From positions 102,734,001 through 102,798,000 of the forward strand of contig OX597816.1 of NCBI GenBank assembly GCA_951406725.2: a stretch of 64,000 bases of DNA, in the 5' to 3' direction. Position 1 is the stretch's first letter. Every line of letters starts with the position of its first letter. The position numbers and the translations under genes are program-made. This document shows, piece after piece, positions 45,158 to 57,524 of this stretch. This DNA is from Octopus vulgaris (Eukaryota). The notes under the pieces were generated by a model. That model did no database searches and was not told the origin of the DNA. It worked only from the letters and a program-made list of their open reading frames with translations.

Positions 45158-46276
45158 CTAAAAAGAAAAAGGGAGATAATTTAAAGAAGTTAAATATTAG
45201 TCTTTGGAATTTATTTTCATCCGACGTCTGATCATTGATTGCAGACTGGAGACAACTATGGGCATGTTTCGTTCTATTAAATCTCATCAGCGTTGTATAA
45301 TCAAATTAAGCTTGCTTGGTTAATAGACAAAGAATTCTACATATAGCAAAAGACTTACGAATAATTTTCTTTCCCGAATAAAGGCGGTGGTGGGGATTGC
45401 GATTAATTATCATGTGACTGTGCGTGTGGGCATATGTGTGTGTGAGGCACTCTGCATATCGCCTCTAAATGTTAATTTAAACTAACTCAGGCAGTTATCT
45501 CTTTTAATTTATTTTCCGCCTAGCCGCGTGCCACTATAAGCAAGCAAGCAAGCATGCATGCGTGCATGTACGTATGTATGTATGTATGTATGTATGTATG
45601 TATGTATGTATGTATGTATGTATGTATGTATGTATGTATGTATGTATGTGATATTTTGCATACATATTCAATACGCCTAACATTTTTCTTTCTGCAAATC
45701 TTCCTACTTTTTTCTTCCCCCCAAAGGGTTTTCAACACATTATTGAAATGCTATCATTTATAGATCTATGTGACGCGCTTCGAGTACCAATATTCCAAAA
45801 TGGTATTATTTCATGATCACTAGAACGTTTATGAAAATGCTGTGTCACCAACAACACAGACAAACAGATACACACACACAGCTACATACATACATTTATA
45901 TAAACGTATACGTATATATCTATACAAAAATGTACTGTATATATGTGTGTGTGTGTATATATATAAGTATGTATGTATATATATATATATGTGTGTGTGT
46001 ATGTGTGCGTGTGTGTGTGTGTATGTATGAATGTATGTATGAAAATGTATTAATTTCTATGTAAATATTTATGTTTATGCGTGTGATTGTGTGTGTTCGT
46101 TTATACAGATCGCAAACGCGTGGGTATTTATATAGATAGGTATGCCTAAAACTGCATCAGTATACTTGCATACATTTACATAGGGATATACGTATAATAT
46201 GTACGTATATGTGCACAAACACACACACACACAGTATATACTCATATATATATATATATATATATATATGCATGTA

Positions 46277-46359
<83 letters not shown>

Positions 46360-46494
46360 AGCAAATAAGAAAATGGCGGAGAACAATAGTTGGTTCATCA
46401 ACTTTACGACATTAAAATGTTAACTTATTTATTTATTAAACTGATAATTATTGTAACATACGTACATATAACATATTATCCTATGCATATAAGA

Positions 46495-46552
<58 letters not shown>

Positions 46553-46560
46553 AAATATAT

Positions 46561-46773
46561 AACAACATAAGGGACTAATCTGAATATGGCTATATACATT
46601 TAGCCAGGCGAACATCGACGTCCTGGTGACGTCGATGTTCGCCTATAAATGCAACAGTACCACCCTGCCCTGTCCCTATATTCAGATGCTTTATCCCTTA
46701 TGTTGTCGAGCAGTTACTGTCTATATTCCTTTTAGAGAATTATTATTGCTATAAATATATAAATATACAGTAA
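46561..46773. repeat. Small fold-back element in (TA)n with a perfect 17-bp hairpin
   Basis: AGGCGAACATCGACGTC-ctggt-GACGTCGATGTTCGCCT (46606-46644); outer inverted arms ACAACATAAGGGA..TCTGAATAT / ATATTCAGA..TCCCTTATGTTGT. Confidence 0.8.
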
Positions 46774-46774
46774 C

Positions 46775-46827
<53 letters not shown>

Positions 46828-46881
46828 TATACATACATATATATATACACACATATATATATATATACATATATACATATA

Positions 46882-47022
<141 letters not shown>

Positions 47023-47033
47023 TATATAGAAGG

Positions 47034-47084
47034 AGCTTCTACAGGACTAGAACTGTTTCATTCAAGAGAAATCTTCAGGAAGCT
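47034..47084 (-). ncRNA. Type I hammerhead ribozyme (inverted copy)
   Basis: Exact reverse complement of 48981-49031. Confidence 0.7.
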
Positions 47085-47384
47085 AGTTAACAAGAATTGT
47101 ATTGGCATTTATACATTTAGGCAGGTTTAAAGGGGTGGTGGTGGGGGACTTTTTGGGGGTAGGCATAGCGCAAAAAAATCATACTTGGGGGAGTGGTCAA
47201 GGAGTCAGTGGTAAATTAGATAGAAGAATAAATAAAAGAATAAAAAAAGGGAGAATAAAAAAATATATAGAGGAATAGAGTTTTAGGTAAATAAGGAAAA
47301 TCTCACTTATACCTATACACATATGTATACATATATACACACACACACACACATATACATACTCACATACATACACACACACCC

Positions 47385-47421
<37 letters not shown>

Positions 47422-47581
47422 TACATATACATACATATATCTACACACACATACACATATACATATATATATATATATCTATATATACATACACATATAC
47501 ATGCACATACATATACACACACATGTATATATGCACACACACACACGACCATGTGTATGTATATATATGTGTATGTGTGTA

Positions 47582-47644
<63 letters not shown>

Positions 47645-48323
47645 ATGTGTATGTGTGTGTATGTATATGTATGTATATATGTGTGTATGCGTGTATATGT
47701 ATATATGTGTATATGTATGTATATATATATATATGTGTATATATGTGTATATGTATATATATATATATACATATATATTTGTGTATATGTGCGTGTATGT
47801 ATGTGTATGTATGTATATATGCGTGGGTATGTGTATGTGTATAAGTACATATACGTGTACGCTCGTGTGTTTAGGTATATGTAGGTACGTAGAGTTATGA
47901 TGTATGTATGTATTTGTATGTAGGTGTATATGTATGTGTGTATATATATTTATTGGTGTATATGTATAGACTAGTCTTCTAAGATTGTAGACATGAATCT
48001 GTAGGTATGCGTACGTATGTGTATATACGTGTATGTATGTAGATGTATGTATGTATGAATATAACACGTGCGTGCGTGTATGTGTATGAGTGTACGAATG
48101 AGTGAGTGTGCGTGCTAACGAGTGTGCGTGCGTGAGTGAGTGCTTGTGCTCAAGTAGAAAGATAAAAGGGACTGGTTGTCGTAGCCAAGATGTTTGTGAC
48201 CAGCGGTCAAAGATAACAAAAGTAATAAATGAAGATAATAAAATTAAAATTAGGGAATGGGTTTGTATTTGTATGTGTATATGTGTGTATGTGTAGGTAT
48301 GAATAGGTACACATATGTATGCG

Positions 48324-48362
<39 letters not shown>

Positions 48363-48576
48363 ATATATACATATATGTGTATAAGTACATATGAGTATAT
48401 AGGGACTTGTGTGTTGTGTGTGCATGTGTGTATGTGGATATATATGTGTGTGTATGTGTGTATGTGTATGTGTGTGTATGTATATATATATTTTGTGTAT
48501 ATGTGTATGTGTGGTCGTGTGTGTGTGTGCATATATACATGTGTGTGTGTATATGTATGTGCATGTATATGTGTAT

Positions 48577-48608
<32 letters not shown>

Positions 48609-48643
48609 GTGTATGTGTGTGTAGATATATGTATGTATATGTA

Positions 48644-48676
<33 letters not shown>

Positions 48677-48980
48677 GGGTGTGTGTGTATGTATGTGAGT
48701 ATGTATATGTGTGTGTGTGTGTGTGTGTATATATGTATACATATGTGTATAGGTATAAGTGAGATTTTCCTTATTTACCTAAAACTCTATTCCTCTATAT
48801 ATTTTTTTATTCTCCCTTTTTTTATTCTTTTATTTATTCTTCTATCTAATTTACCACTGACTCCTTGACCACTCCCCCAAGTATGATTTTTTTGCGCTAT
48901 GCCTACCCCCAAAAAGTCCCCCACCACCACCCCTTTAAACCTGCCTAAATGTATAAATGCCAATACAATTCTTGTTAACT

Positions 48981-49031
48981 AGCTTCCTGAAGATTTCTCT
49001 TGAATGAAACAGTTCTAGTCCTGTAGAAGCT
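48981..49031 (+). ncRNA. Type I hammerhead ribozyme
   Basis: AGCTTC-CTGAAGA-tTTCtcttGAAt-GAAA-CAGttctagtcCTG-TA-GAAGCT: perfect 6-bp stem I, intact core, stem III CAG/CTG, GUA site at 49023-49025. Stem II is weak (U-U closing position). Confidence 0.7.
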
Positions 49032-49156
49032 CCTTCTATATAATAAATTAATTTTACTCTGCTATGTATTGAGTACCTTATTTACTGTGGTTAACCCCGA
49101 ATCAACCCGGGACCTACATATATATATATATATATATATACATATATACATATATG

Positions 49157-49192
<36 letters not shown>

Positions 49193-49284
49193 CATATATG
49201 TATATATATAAAACTTCATTGGAGGATATATATTCTTTATTAACAAAACCTTGTTAATCCATAGAAATTTATATATATATATAT

Positions 49285-49730
49285 TCTTTTATTCTTTTAC
49301 TTGTTTCAGCCATTCGATTGTGGCCATACTGGAACGTCACCTTTAGTTGAGCAAATCGACCCCAGGACTTGTTCTTTGGTAAGCTTAGTACTAATTTAAT
49401 CGGTGCCTTAGGCTGAACGTCTAAGTTTCAGGGACGTAAACAAACCAACGTGGGTTGTCAAGCGATGATGGGAGACAAACACAGACCCGAAAATACATAC
49501 ATACATTCATATACGCATACACACACACACACACACACAGACACACACACACACATATGTATATATATATTTATACGACGGGTTTTTTTCAGTTTACGTT
49601 TACCAAATTCACTCACAAGTCTTTGGTCAGCCCGAGGCTATAATAAGAGACACCTGCCTAAGCTTCCACGCAGTGGGACTGAACCTGCAACTCGAATCCC
49701 TTCATACCACAAAGCCATTCCTGTACCTAT
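49285..49730 (-). mobile_element. SINE family B copy
   Basis: TTTTACTTGTTTCAGCCATT...CCACGCAGTGGGACTGAACC. Confidence 0.8.
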
Positions 49731-49764
49731 GTATGTGTGTGTATATATATATTATATAATTAAG

Positions 49765-50565
49765 ATTCAGTTGAATTAGTTACTTAAATTGAGGCACCAA
49801 GCCAGTTAGGTATAATCCGCACAGCTCCAAGTTAGGTGAACAGAATGTAAATAAGTAACAAGGATGTGCTGGTATAAATACATTACGGCCGTTTCGAGCG
49901 GCTCCATTTAATCGATCAATGAAAACATTACATCAATTTGAAAGAAACTGCTCTCCTCACAAATAGATACCATATAGATTCCCAACATAAAGGATAAACC
50001 ATTTTTAACAAATCTTTAGCAATACTAGAAACCAAAATTTAATTACATTCATTATTTACATTATTTACATTTGACGGACATTTGTCCTCATCGTGTTTGT
50101 TGTTAACGCAACGTTTCAGCTGATATAGCCTCTTGGGGAAATTTCGAACCTGGGTTCACATTCTTAAGGTATTCTTCAATGTTATTATTACCGTTATTAT
50201 TCAGGTCACTGCTTGGAATCGAACTCGGAATCTTTGGGTTAGTAGCACGCGCACTTAACCACTACGTCATATGTCCGTGGGCATATTACACTGTTTTCTT
50301 ATGTTTGTGGTAGAATGAGTTTAGAAAATAATGCATATCTTATTAAGCCTGCTATAATTTAGAGAGTCACAAAGGAAAATAGTGGGGCAAGATACAGGAG
50401 TGATGTGAGTTATTTATTGACGCCCACTATTTTCCTCTGCTACTCTCTGTTGGGAATCTATATGGTCATCTACTTCTGAGGAGAGCCGTTTCTTTTAAAT
50501 TGTTGTAATGTTTTCATTGATTGAAACGGCCGTAATGTATTGATACCTGGAATCCTTGTTACTTA
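49765..50565. mobile_element. Older inverted-arm element (49852-49987 / 50448-50565) with GAAACGGCCGTA half-hammerhead
   Basis: Diverged inverted repeat, one-sided extension 49765-49851, (TA) flanks. Confidence 0.65.
50045..50285 (-). mobile_element. tRNA-derived SINE 'family D' nested in the inverted-arm element
   Basis: Minus head TGACGTAGTGGTTAAG...GAGTTCGATTCC (A/B boxes); tail (AATGTAAAT)n. Confidence 0.7.
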
Positions 50566-50775
50566 TATATATATATATATATAAAAGAGACACACATATA
50601 CATATATATGGCTATATATATGTGTGTGTATGTTTGTCTATATAAAACTGCATTGGAGGATACATGCTCTTTATTAACAAAACCTTGTTAATATATAAAA
50701 ATTTAATATATACATAACGTATGGTATAATTATAAATTTTAGTAATTTCTCCGCAGACTGAAAAAATGATGAACA

Positions 50776-50818
50776 ACCTTAATCGATTTTCGAACCTTAC
50801 TGGGTTCTGATCAGAGGC
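50776..50818 (-). ncRNA. Minimal type I hammerhead with one core substitution
   Basis: Minus: GCCT-CTGATCA-GAACCcagtaaGGTTC-GAAA-ATCGAT-TA-AGGT; perfect 5-bp stem II, palindromic stem III, G8->C. Confidence 0.6.
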
Positions 50819-51148
50819 GTGTACATCATTCTGACAGTCTCCAGAAGAACAAGTAACCAAACTGTTTATATACTCAACAAATGCAGCAGTTACTCTATGA
50901 AGGACACCCTAATTTGCATTCTGAAAGTGTTTAACAGAACTGCTCAACAAATTTCATTTAAATGTTACAAACGCCATACTTAGGGTCCATGCAGTGACAT
51001 GGATCAAAACATTTTCAACTTCTTGCTTAATGCGAGACCGGAGCAATATCTTTTCCCTTACACAATTTCAGTATTACATGTCAAAAGTGAAACAATAACA
51101 TCTCTATTGTAATGGGAGAAAATACTTTCAATATTAATACTTTCCCTT

Positions 51149-51179
<31 letters not shown>

Positions 51180-51551
51180 GTATATCTTTGTATATATGTG
51201 TGTATATATATTTATGTATGTATATGTATGCATTTATATGTATATATATATATATATATAAGTATATATATATATTTATGCATGTATATTTATGTGTAAA
51301 TAAATATGTATGTGTGTGTTTATATATATGTATGTATATATGTATATATATGTTTATAATGTATGTGTATATGTATATATATGTATATATATATATGCAT
51401 ATATATGTATATATGTGTAAATATGTATATGTATATATATATATAAGTATATGTATACATGAATATATATGTATATATATGTGTGTATACGTATATGTAT
51501 ATATATGTGCATATATTTATATATGTATATCTATGTGCATATATATGTATA

Positions 51552-51603
<52 letters not shown>

Positions 51604-51607
<4 letters not shown>

Positions 51608-51772
51608 TCGGGGTTAACCACAGTAAATAAGGTACTCAATACATAGTAAAATTAATTTATTATATAGAAGGATACAGGATAGAACTGTTTCATTCAAGAG
51701 AAATAGCTAGCTTCCTGAAGATTTCTCTTGAATGAAACAGTTCATATTGTAAACTCCTTCTATATAATAAAT
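51604..51772. mobile_element. Miniature fold-back member of the 47017-49117 family
   Basis: Tail plus minus arm (51604-51704) joined through AGCT to a plus arm (about 51706-51772) containing CTGAAGA...GAAACAG..TTGTA; flanked by (TA)n. Confidence 0.85.
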
Positions 51773-51811
51773 ATATATATATATATATATATCCATATTG
51801 ATATATATGTA

Positions 51812-51847
<36 letters not shown>

Positions 51848-51868
51848 CATATTGATATATATGTATTC

Positions 51869-51904
<36 letters not shown>

Positions 51905-52729
51905 ATTTATAAATGCATATATATATATATATATACATACATATATACATGCATATATAAATAAATAAATACATAAATAAATATATATATACACTATATA
52001 AACACATATATATATATACTTACATATATATATATACATATATATATACACATATATACATATATACATACATATATACATATATATATACATACATACA
52101 CATATACATATATATATATACATGCATACATGCATATATACATACATACATACATATATATGTACATACATATATACATATATATATACATACATACATA
52201 TATATATACATACATATATACATATATATATATACATACATATATACATATATATATATATACTTACATATATACATATATATATATACTTACATATATA
52301 CATATATATACTTACATATATACATTTATATATACTTACATATATATATATACTTACATATATACATATATATATACTTACATATATACATATATATACA
52401 TACATACATTTATATATATATACATACATATATATACTTACATATATACATATATATACTTACATATATACATATATATATATACTTACATATATACATA
52501 TATATATACTTACATATATACATATATATATACTTACATATATACACATATATATATATACATACATACATTTATATATACATACATACATATATATATA
52601 CATACATATATATATATATACATACATACATACATACATATATACATACATACATATATATATACATACATACACATATATATACATACATACATATATA
52701 TATACATACATACATATATACATACATAT

Positions 52730-52760
<31 letters not shown>

Positions 52761-52832
52761 CATACATACATACATATATACATACATACATATATATATA
52801 CATACATACACATATATATACATACATACATA

Positions 52833-52903
<71 letters not shown>

Positions 52904-52913
52904 ACATATATAT

Positions 52914-52960
<47 letters not shown>

Positions 52961-52970
52961 CATATAGATA

Positions 52971-53002
<32 letters not shown>

Positions 53003-53160
53003 AATTAAAAAATAGGAAAAAATGTATAAGAATTTATCAAGTACTTCAGCGTGAAAAACCTCGTAAGGGGAAAAAATTATAATTTTTATTCCCTTTAAGT
53101 TACAGTTATTAATTTATATAAACGCATTACTACTTTCGAATGCGCTTAATATAAATATAA

Positions 53161-53239
<79 letters not shown>

Positions 53240-53284
53240 CATATCTGTGAGCGTATATACTTGTGCATATATATGTGTATATAT

Positions 53285-53671
53285 ATATATAAGATCCTGG
53301 AAGGACTTGTCCCAAACTTTGGTATCGAGAGTTACACAAATGCCAGAACTGGGCGCCGCTGCGTGGTGCCAAGGACTCCAAATTTGCCCTCAAGATGTAG
53401 GACAAGATACTGTGATAGCCTGGGCTTCCGAGGCCCACAGCTCTTCAATATCCTCCCGAAGAACCTAAGAGACCTGCTTGGGGAGGATGCAGATGTCTTT
53501 AAAATGAAACTGGATCTCTTCTTGTCAGGTATCCCAGATGAACCAACTTCACGGCAGGAGGTGCAGATGAGGGCAGCTGCATCGAACTCTCTCATGCACC
53601 AAATGGCAGTTGCTAAAAAGCATTCATGAAGTAAAACCATGTAGCAACACCAAATGGCGGTGCCCCAGCAT
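53285..53671 (+). pseudogene. CR1-clade ORF2 C-terminus and 3' UTR, inverted relative to the adjacent LINE body
   Basis: [42 protein letters not shown]; UTR ends GGCGGTGCCCCAGCAT. Confidence 0.85.
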
Positions 53672-53711
53672 ATATCCATGGCACTATGCAGTGTCGCTCA
53701 ATAGCTTATAT

Positions 53712-56165
53712 GCTTTCCCAATAGCTTATATGCTGCACAGAGGCTATCTTCTTCGAGTAGCTTCGTTGGATCGCCTCAAGTTCTGTGATTAACTTGACAC
53801 TAGATGGTGACCATAGCTGAGAGCAATAGTCAACGTGGCTTCGGACAAGTGTCCTCCAGAGGACCATAATGGTTTCCTGGTCTCTTGTTCTGAAGGTTCT
53901 AAGAATTCATCCGGTCAGCCGCCTACATTTCATTGCCAATTTAGCAACATGCACATGAAAGGTTGCATCATCACTCATGTAAATACCCAGATCTCGCACT
54001 GATTGTGCCTCTGGGATTGCAGTCCCTCCAGGTCCAGTGTATTTATTGGGTATTGCATTTAGTTTTGCGTGCTGATAGCATAGAGCTTGAAACTTTTCAG
54101 CATTGAACTGCATGCTATTCTTTTCAGCCCACTTGTATATTTTGTCCAGCTCACATTGCAGGTGCTTAGTGTCTTCAGGGTTCTGTATTGCCTGTGAAAC
54201 TTTTGTATCATCTGCATAACTTGTGATCGTGGCTCTCTGCGTGGCTGAGGGCATGTCTGAGAGGGCCATTATGAACAGTAGTGGTCCCAAAACAGTGCCC
54301 TGCGGAACACCGCTCACTATTTGCGTGTTAGTGGAAGTGGCCCCATTGGCTACTACCACCTGACTTCTATCCTTCAGAAAGTCATGAAGCCACTCTCCCA
54401 ATTTTCCAACTATGCCAAGATCACGCAGTTTGTGACATAGCATTCCATGATCGACTTTATCAAAGGCCTTTGCAAAGTCGAGATATATCACTTCCACATT
54501 TGAGTGGTTGAGCAGTCGTTTCAGCAGCCAGTCAGAGTGTTGTAGGAGCTGAGTTAAGCAGCTTCTTCCTGGTCGGAAACCATGTTGAGTGTCAGGCAGC
54601 AAGTCATTTTCTTCAAGGAAGGTGATTAGTTTCCTTCTGACTATTCGTTCCATGATCTTGCTGATGTGTAAGGTCAGAGAGATAGGTCTGTAGTTCTTGG
54701 CCTCCGCTCTGCTACCTCCTTTATGAATAGGGCATATTTTACCTTCCTTCAAGTTTTCTTGGAAGTTTGCCAGTTACAAGGAAGCTCTGAAAGAGGAACT
54801 GCAGTGGTCTTGCTAGGACTCTCTTACATACTTTTAGAAGGATTGCTGGGAATCCATCTGGGCCAGTAGCTGAGTTTGTTTTCATTTCATCAATAGCCTT
54901 TATTACATCGTCTTCTTTTATATTGATGTAATCAATCATTGCTGCCTCCGATTTTATATCTGCAGTAGTAAAGAAGTCAGTTGGATTGCTGACTTGAAAA
55001 TGCCCTAGGGGTGGCGTGAAAATACTCTTGAATTGCTCATTTAGTATTTCACTTACCCTCATTGGATTTCCTGTGAGTGTGCCATCCTTTTCAAGGAGTG
55101 GCCCTATCCTACAGTGCACCGTAGCTGTTTCTTTGGCATACCTGTAGAAAGCTCTGGGGTTAGATTTTATGTTGTCTATAGCCCAGGCTTCTTTGTCTGC
55201 TCTTTCTTTTTCATGGGAGAGTTGCATACATTTTTCAATTTCCAACAGTATTATTTTCAGGCGGGACTTTTCACTGCTTTCAATTTGTTTGTTTAGGCGA
55301 TTTGAAACTTTTGTACGCCGTCTCATTAGAATTTTCCTCTCTCTGGGGATTTTGCTCTTGTGTACAGTGGCCTTTCTCTCTGGGACACATTCGTAGCATA
55401 TGGCTTGCATTACAGACATGAATTGTTGAAGTTTCATCTCGATGTCTAGTGAGGATAGACATTCAGGCCAGTTTTGTTTGAGGATCTCTTTCTCAATTTG
55501 TTTCCAGTTTGCCTTATGGAAGTTCAAGCTGGAAAGATTCAGAGAGTTTCTTATAGACTGCATGTCCATGCTTTTTTTTGGCCCGTACATGGTCAGCTCT
55601 ACCATGTTGTGATCCGAGAGTAGTGTCGGTGTCACTTTCACATTATGGATAAGATCCATATTATTTGTGAAGCAGAGATCCAGTATGTTACCTGCCCTGG
55701 TTGGTTGGAGTATTACTTGCTCCATGTACGGAGAGTTGATGAGGTTCAGGAGGGACCTCGCCTGTCCCCGTTCACATCGTGTCATTCTTGGGAGAGAAAG
55801 GCTCTCGGGCCATTTGACATTGGGTAGATTGAAGTCCCCCATAAGAAGTACACTTATGTGTTGTTCTGATGTGACTAGAACTTCTATTTTTATAAGGCAG
55901 TCTTCAAACTTGCCTACATGGCTTGGGGCATCTGGAGGGCGATATGTAGCACATATAACTACACCAAGTTGCCTTATATGTACAATTAGTGTGTCACACA
56001 CCGAATTTGAGTATGACAAATGGACCTGGGGTGTGAGGTCCTCACGGATGTACATAGCAACTCCTCCATGACTCCTTTCTTTTCTGTCGGTCCGTAGTAC
56101 AACATACTGTGGTATGTGTATCTCCGCATCTGCTATGTCCGGTTTCAGGTGTGTTTCCGTAAGTG
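53712..56165 (-). mobile_element. CR1-clade LINE ORF2: APE endonuclease + reverse transcriptase, 5'-truncated, lightly decayed
   Basis: LTETHL, GGVAMY, YRPP, MGDFNLP, LDLCFTN, SDHN (APE); GPDG, NYRPISL, QHGFR, YLDFAKAFDKVDH, GVPQGTVLGPLLF, YADD (RT). Frameshift at about 54745, stop at 53907-53909; the frame continues to DYCSQLWSP..ISYWE. Confidence 0.95.
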
Positions 56166-56640
56166 ACTCTTCATCAGTTGTCTGCTGTCTATCTACTCAT
56201 TTCGAGCATTGAACGACAGAATGAGTCTTCGAAGATGGTTCCTCCCATAAGTACCAAAATAAAATTTTAGATTTATGGAGGGTGAAAGTTGGGAACAAAA
56301 ACAGGACAGTGGAGACATACAGGGAAACCAAACGAAAACAATCATAGAGAGCTGTTAGACCAGAACGAGGGTAAAATAGCGAACGTTGGAGAAATATTTT
56401 CTTTGGAAAGAGAAAAGATAGAAGAGAGAGATAGGATACGTCTAGTCCTTAGGACAGTCCTAAAGCAAAAGAAAGGTGATCTCGTGAGGAAAAGAAAGAT
56501 GGACGATGGTCACGTGTGAGCAATGAGAGAAAAAGAGAAAGAGGGGGAGAGAGACAGATAGAAAACGGTGAAGGGGAGACAAAAGGAATTAGAGAAAAGG
56601 ATGGGGGAGAAAGCAGTATAGAGTAGAGTCGCATTAAATG
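56166..56640 (-). mobile_element. Repeat family P copy, cut by the CR1 LINE
   Basis: Colinear with 25530-26065; the left part seen in other copies is replaced by the LINE 5' truncation point. Confidence 0.7.
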
Positions 56641-57147
56641 TAGGAATAAATGGTATAGTCATCCATTTTATACAGCTCAACCAATTAGCGGTCTAATGGA
56701 GCTCCAGGAATATAAAATTAAGGAGAGAAGCAAATTTCAAAGGTCGGTGTACATATTCATTCAATCCATTTCAAATTATCTAAATTCTCCACAATATACA
56801 ATATACATAGTTATGTACACATATATGAGACATGATAAAAATTTATTAGAATTCACCAGCACATAAATACGGACATTCGGACCTCGCAAGTACATCTATG
56901 TATTTATATGTGTCTATATATTTATAAATTTTTATATGTTTACAAATTTTTATGTATTTAAGAATTTTTATATATATTTATAAATCTTCGTATGTATATG
57001 TGTTTGTGAATTCTTATAAATTTTTATCATGTCTCGTATATGTGAATGCATCTATGTATATTGTATACTGAGGAGAATTTCGATAATTTGAAATTGATTG
57101 AAGGTATATGTACACCGACCTTTGAAATTTGCTTCTCTCCTTAATTT
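56640..57147. mobile_element. Inverted-arm element (56715-56865 / 56997-57147) with hammerhead at 57062-57112
   Basis: Diverged inverted repeat; + arm reads TGTATA-CTGAGGA-GAATTtcgatAATTT-GAAA-ttgattgaagg-TA-TATGTA. Confidence 0.65.
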
Positions 57148-57169
57148 CACACACACATGAAAGCCGTAT

Positions 57170-57370
57170 AGGTGACAGGCTGACAGAATCGTTACCATGT
57201 AGGACAAAGTGCTTAGTGGCATATTTCGGTGTTTTACATTCTGAGTTCAAATTCTTCCAAGATCGACTGTACCTATTTTCCTTGCAGGGCCAATAAAATA
57301 AGCACCAATTAAACAATGGGATCGATATAATCGAATGTCCTTCTTGGTGTTGTACTGATATTAGAAAAAA
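57170..57370 (+). mobile_element. SINE family A, degenerate
   Basis: GACAGAATCGTTA...TTCTGAGTTCAAATTC. Confidence 0.65.
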
Positions 57371-57524
57371 ATATTAGTTAGCTTTTTATATTTCTTTTTT
57401 ATTATTTTTTTAAAATATTTTTCATTTTGATTTGTTCTTCTTTACTCTAAAGTATTTTTACAAATTATTTTTTCAGTTTTTTCTTTCAGGCTTCTATTTG
57501 TTTCAACCACTGATCTACAACTAT

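Noticed and set aside
47131-47196. G-quadruplex-like G runs
   Set aside because: Part of the inverted-arm element; irregular spacing and no independent evidence of function.
50215-50285. tRNA gene
   Set aside because: A/B boxes are present but there is no acceptor stem pairing and it continues into a SINE body; same for the other SINE heads.
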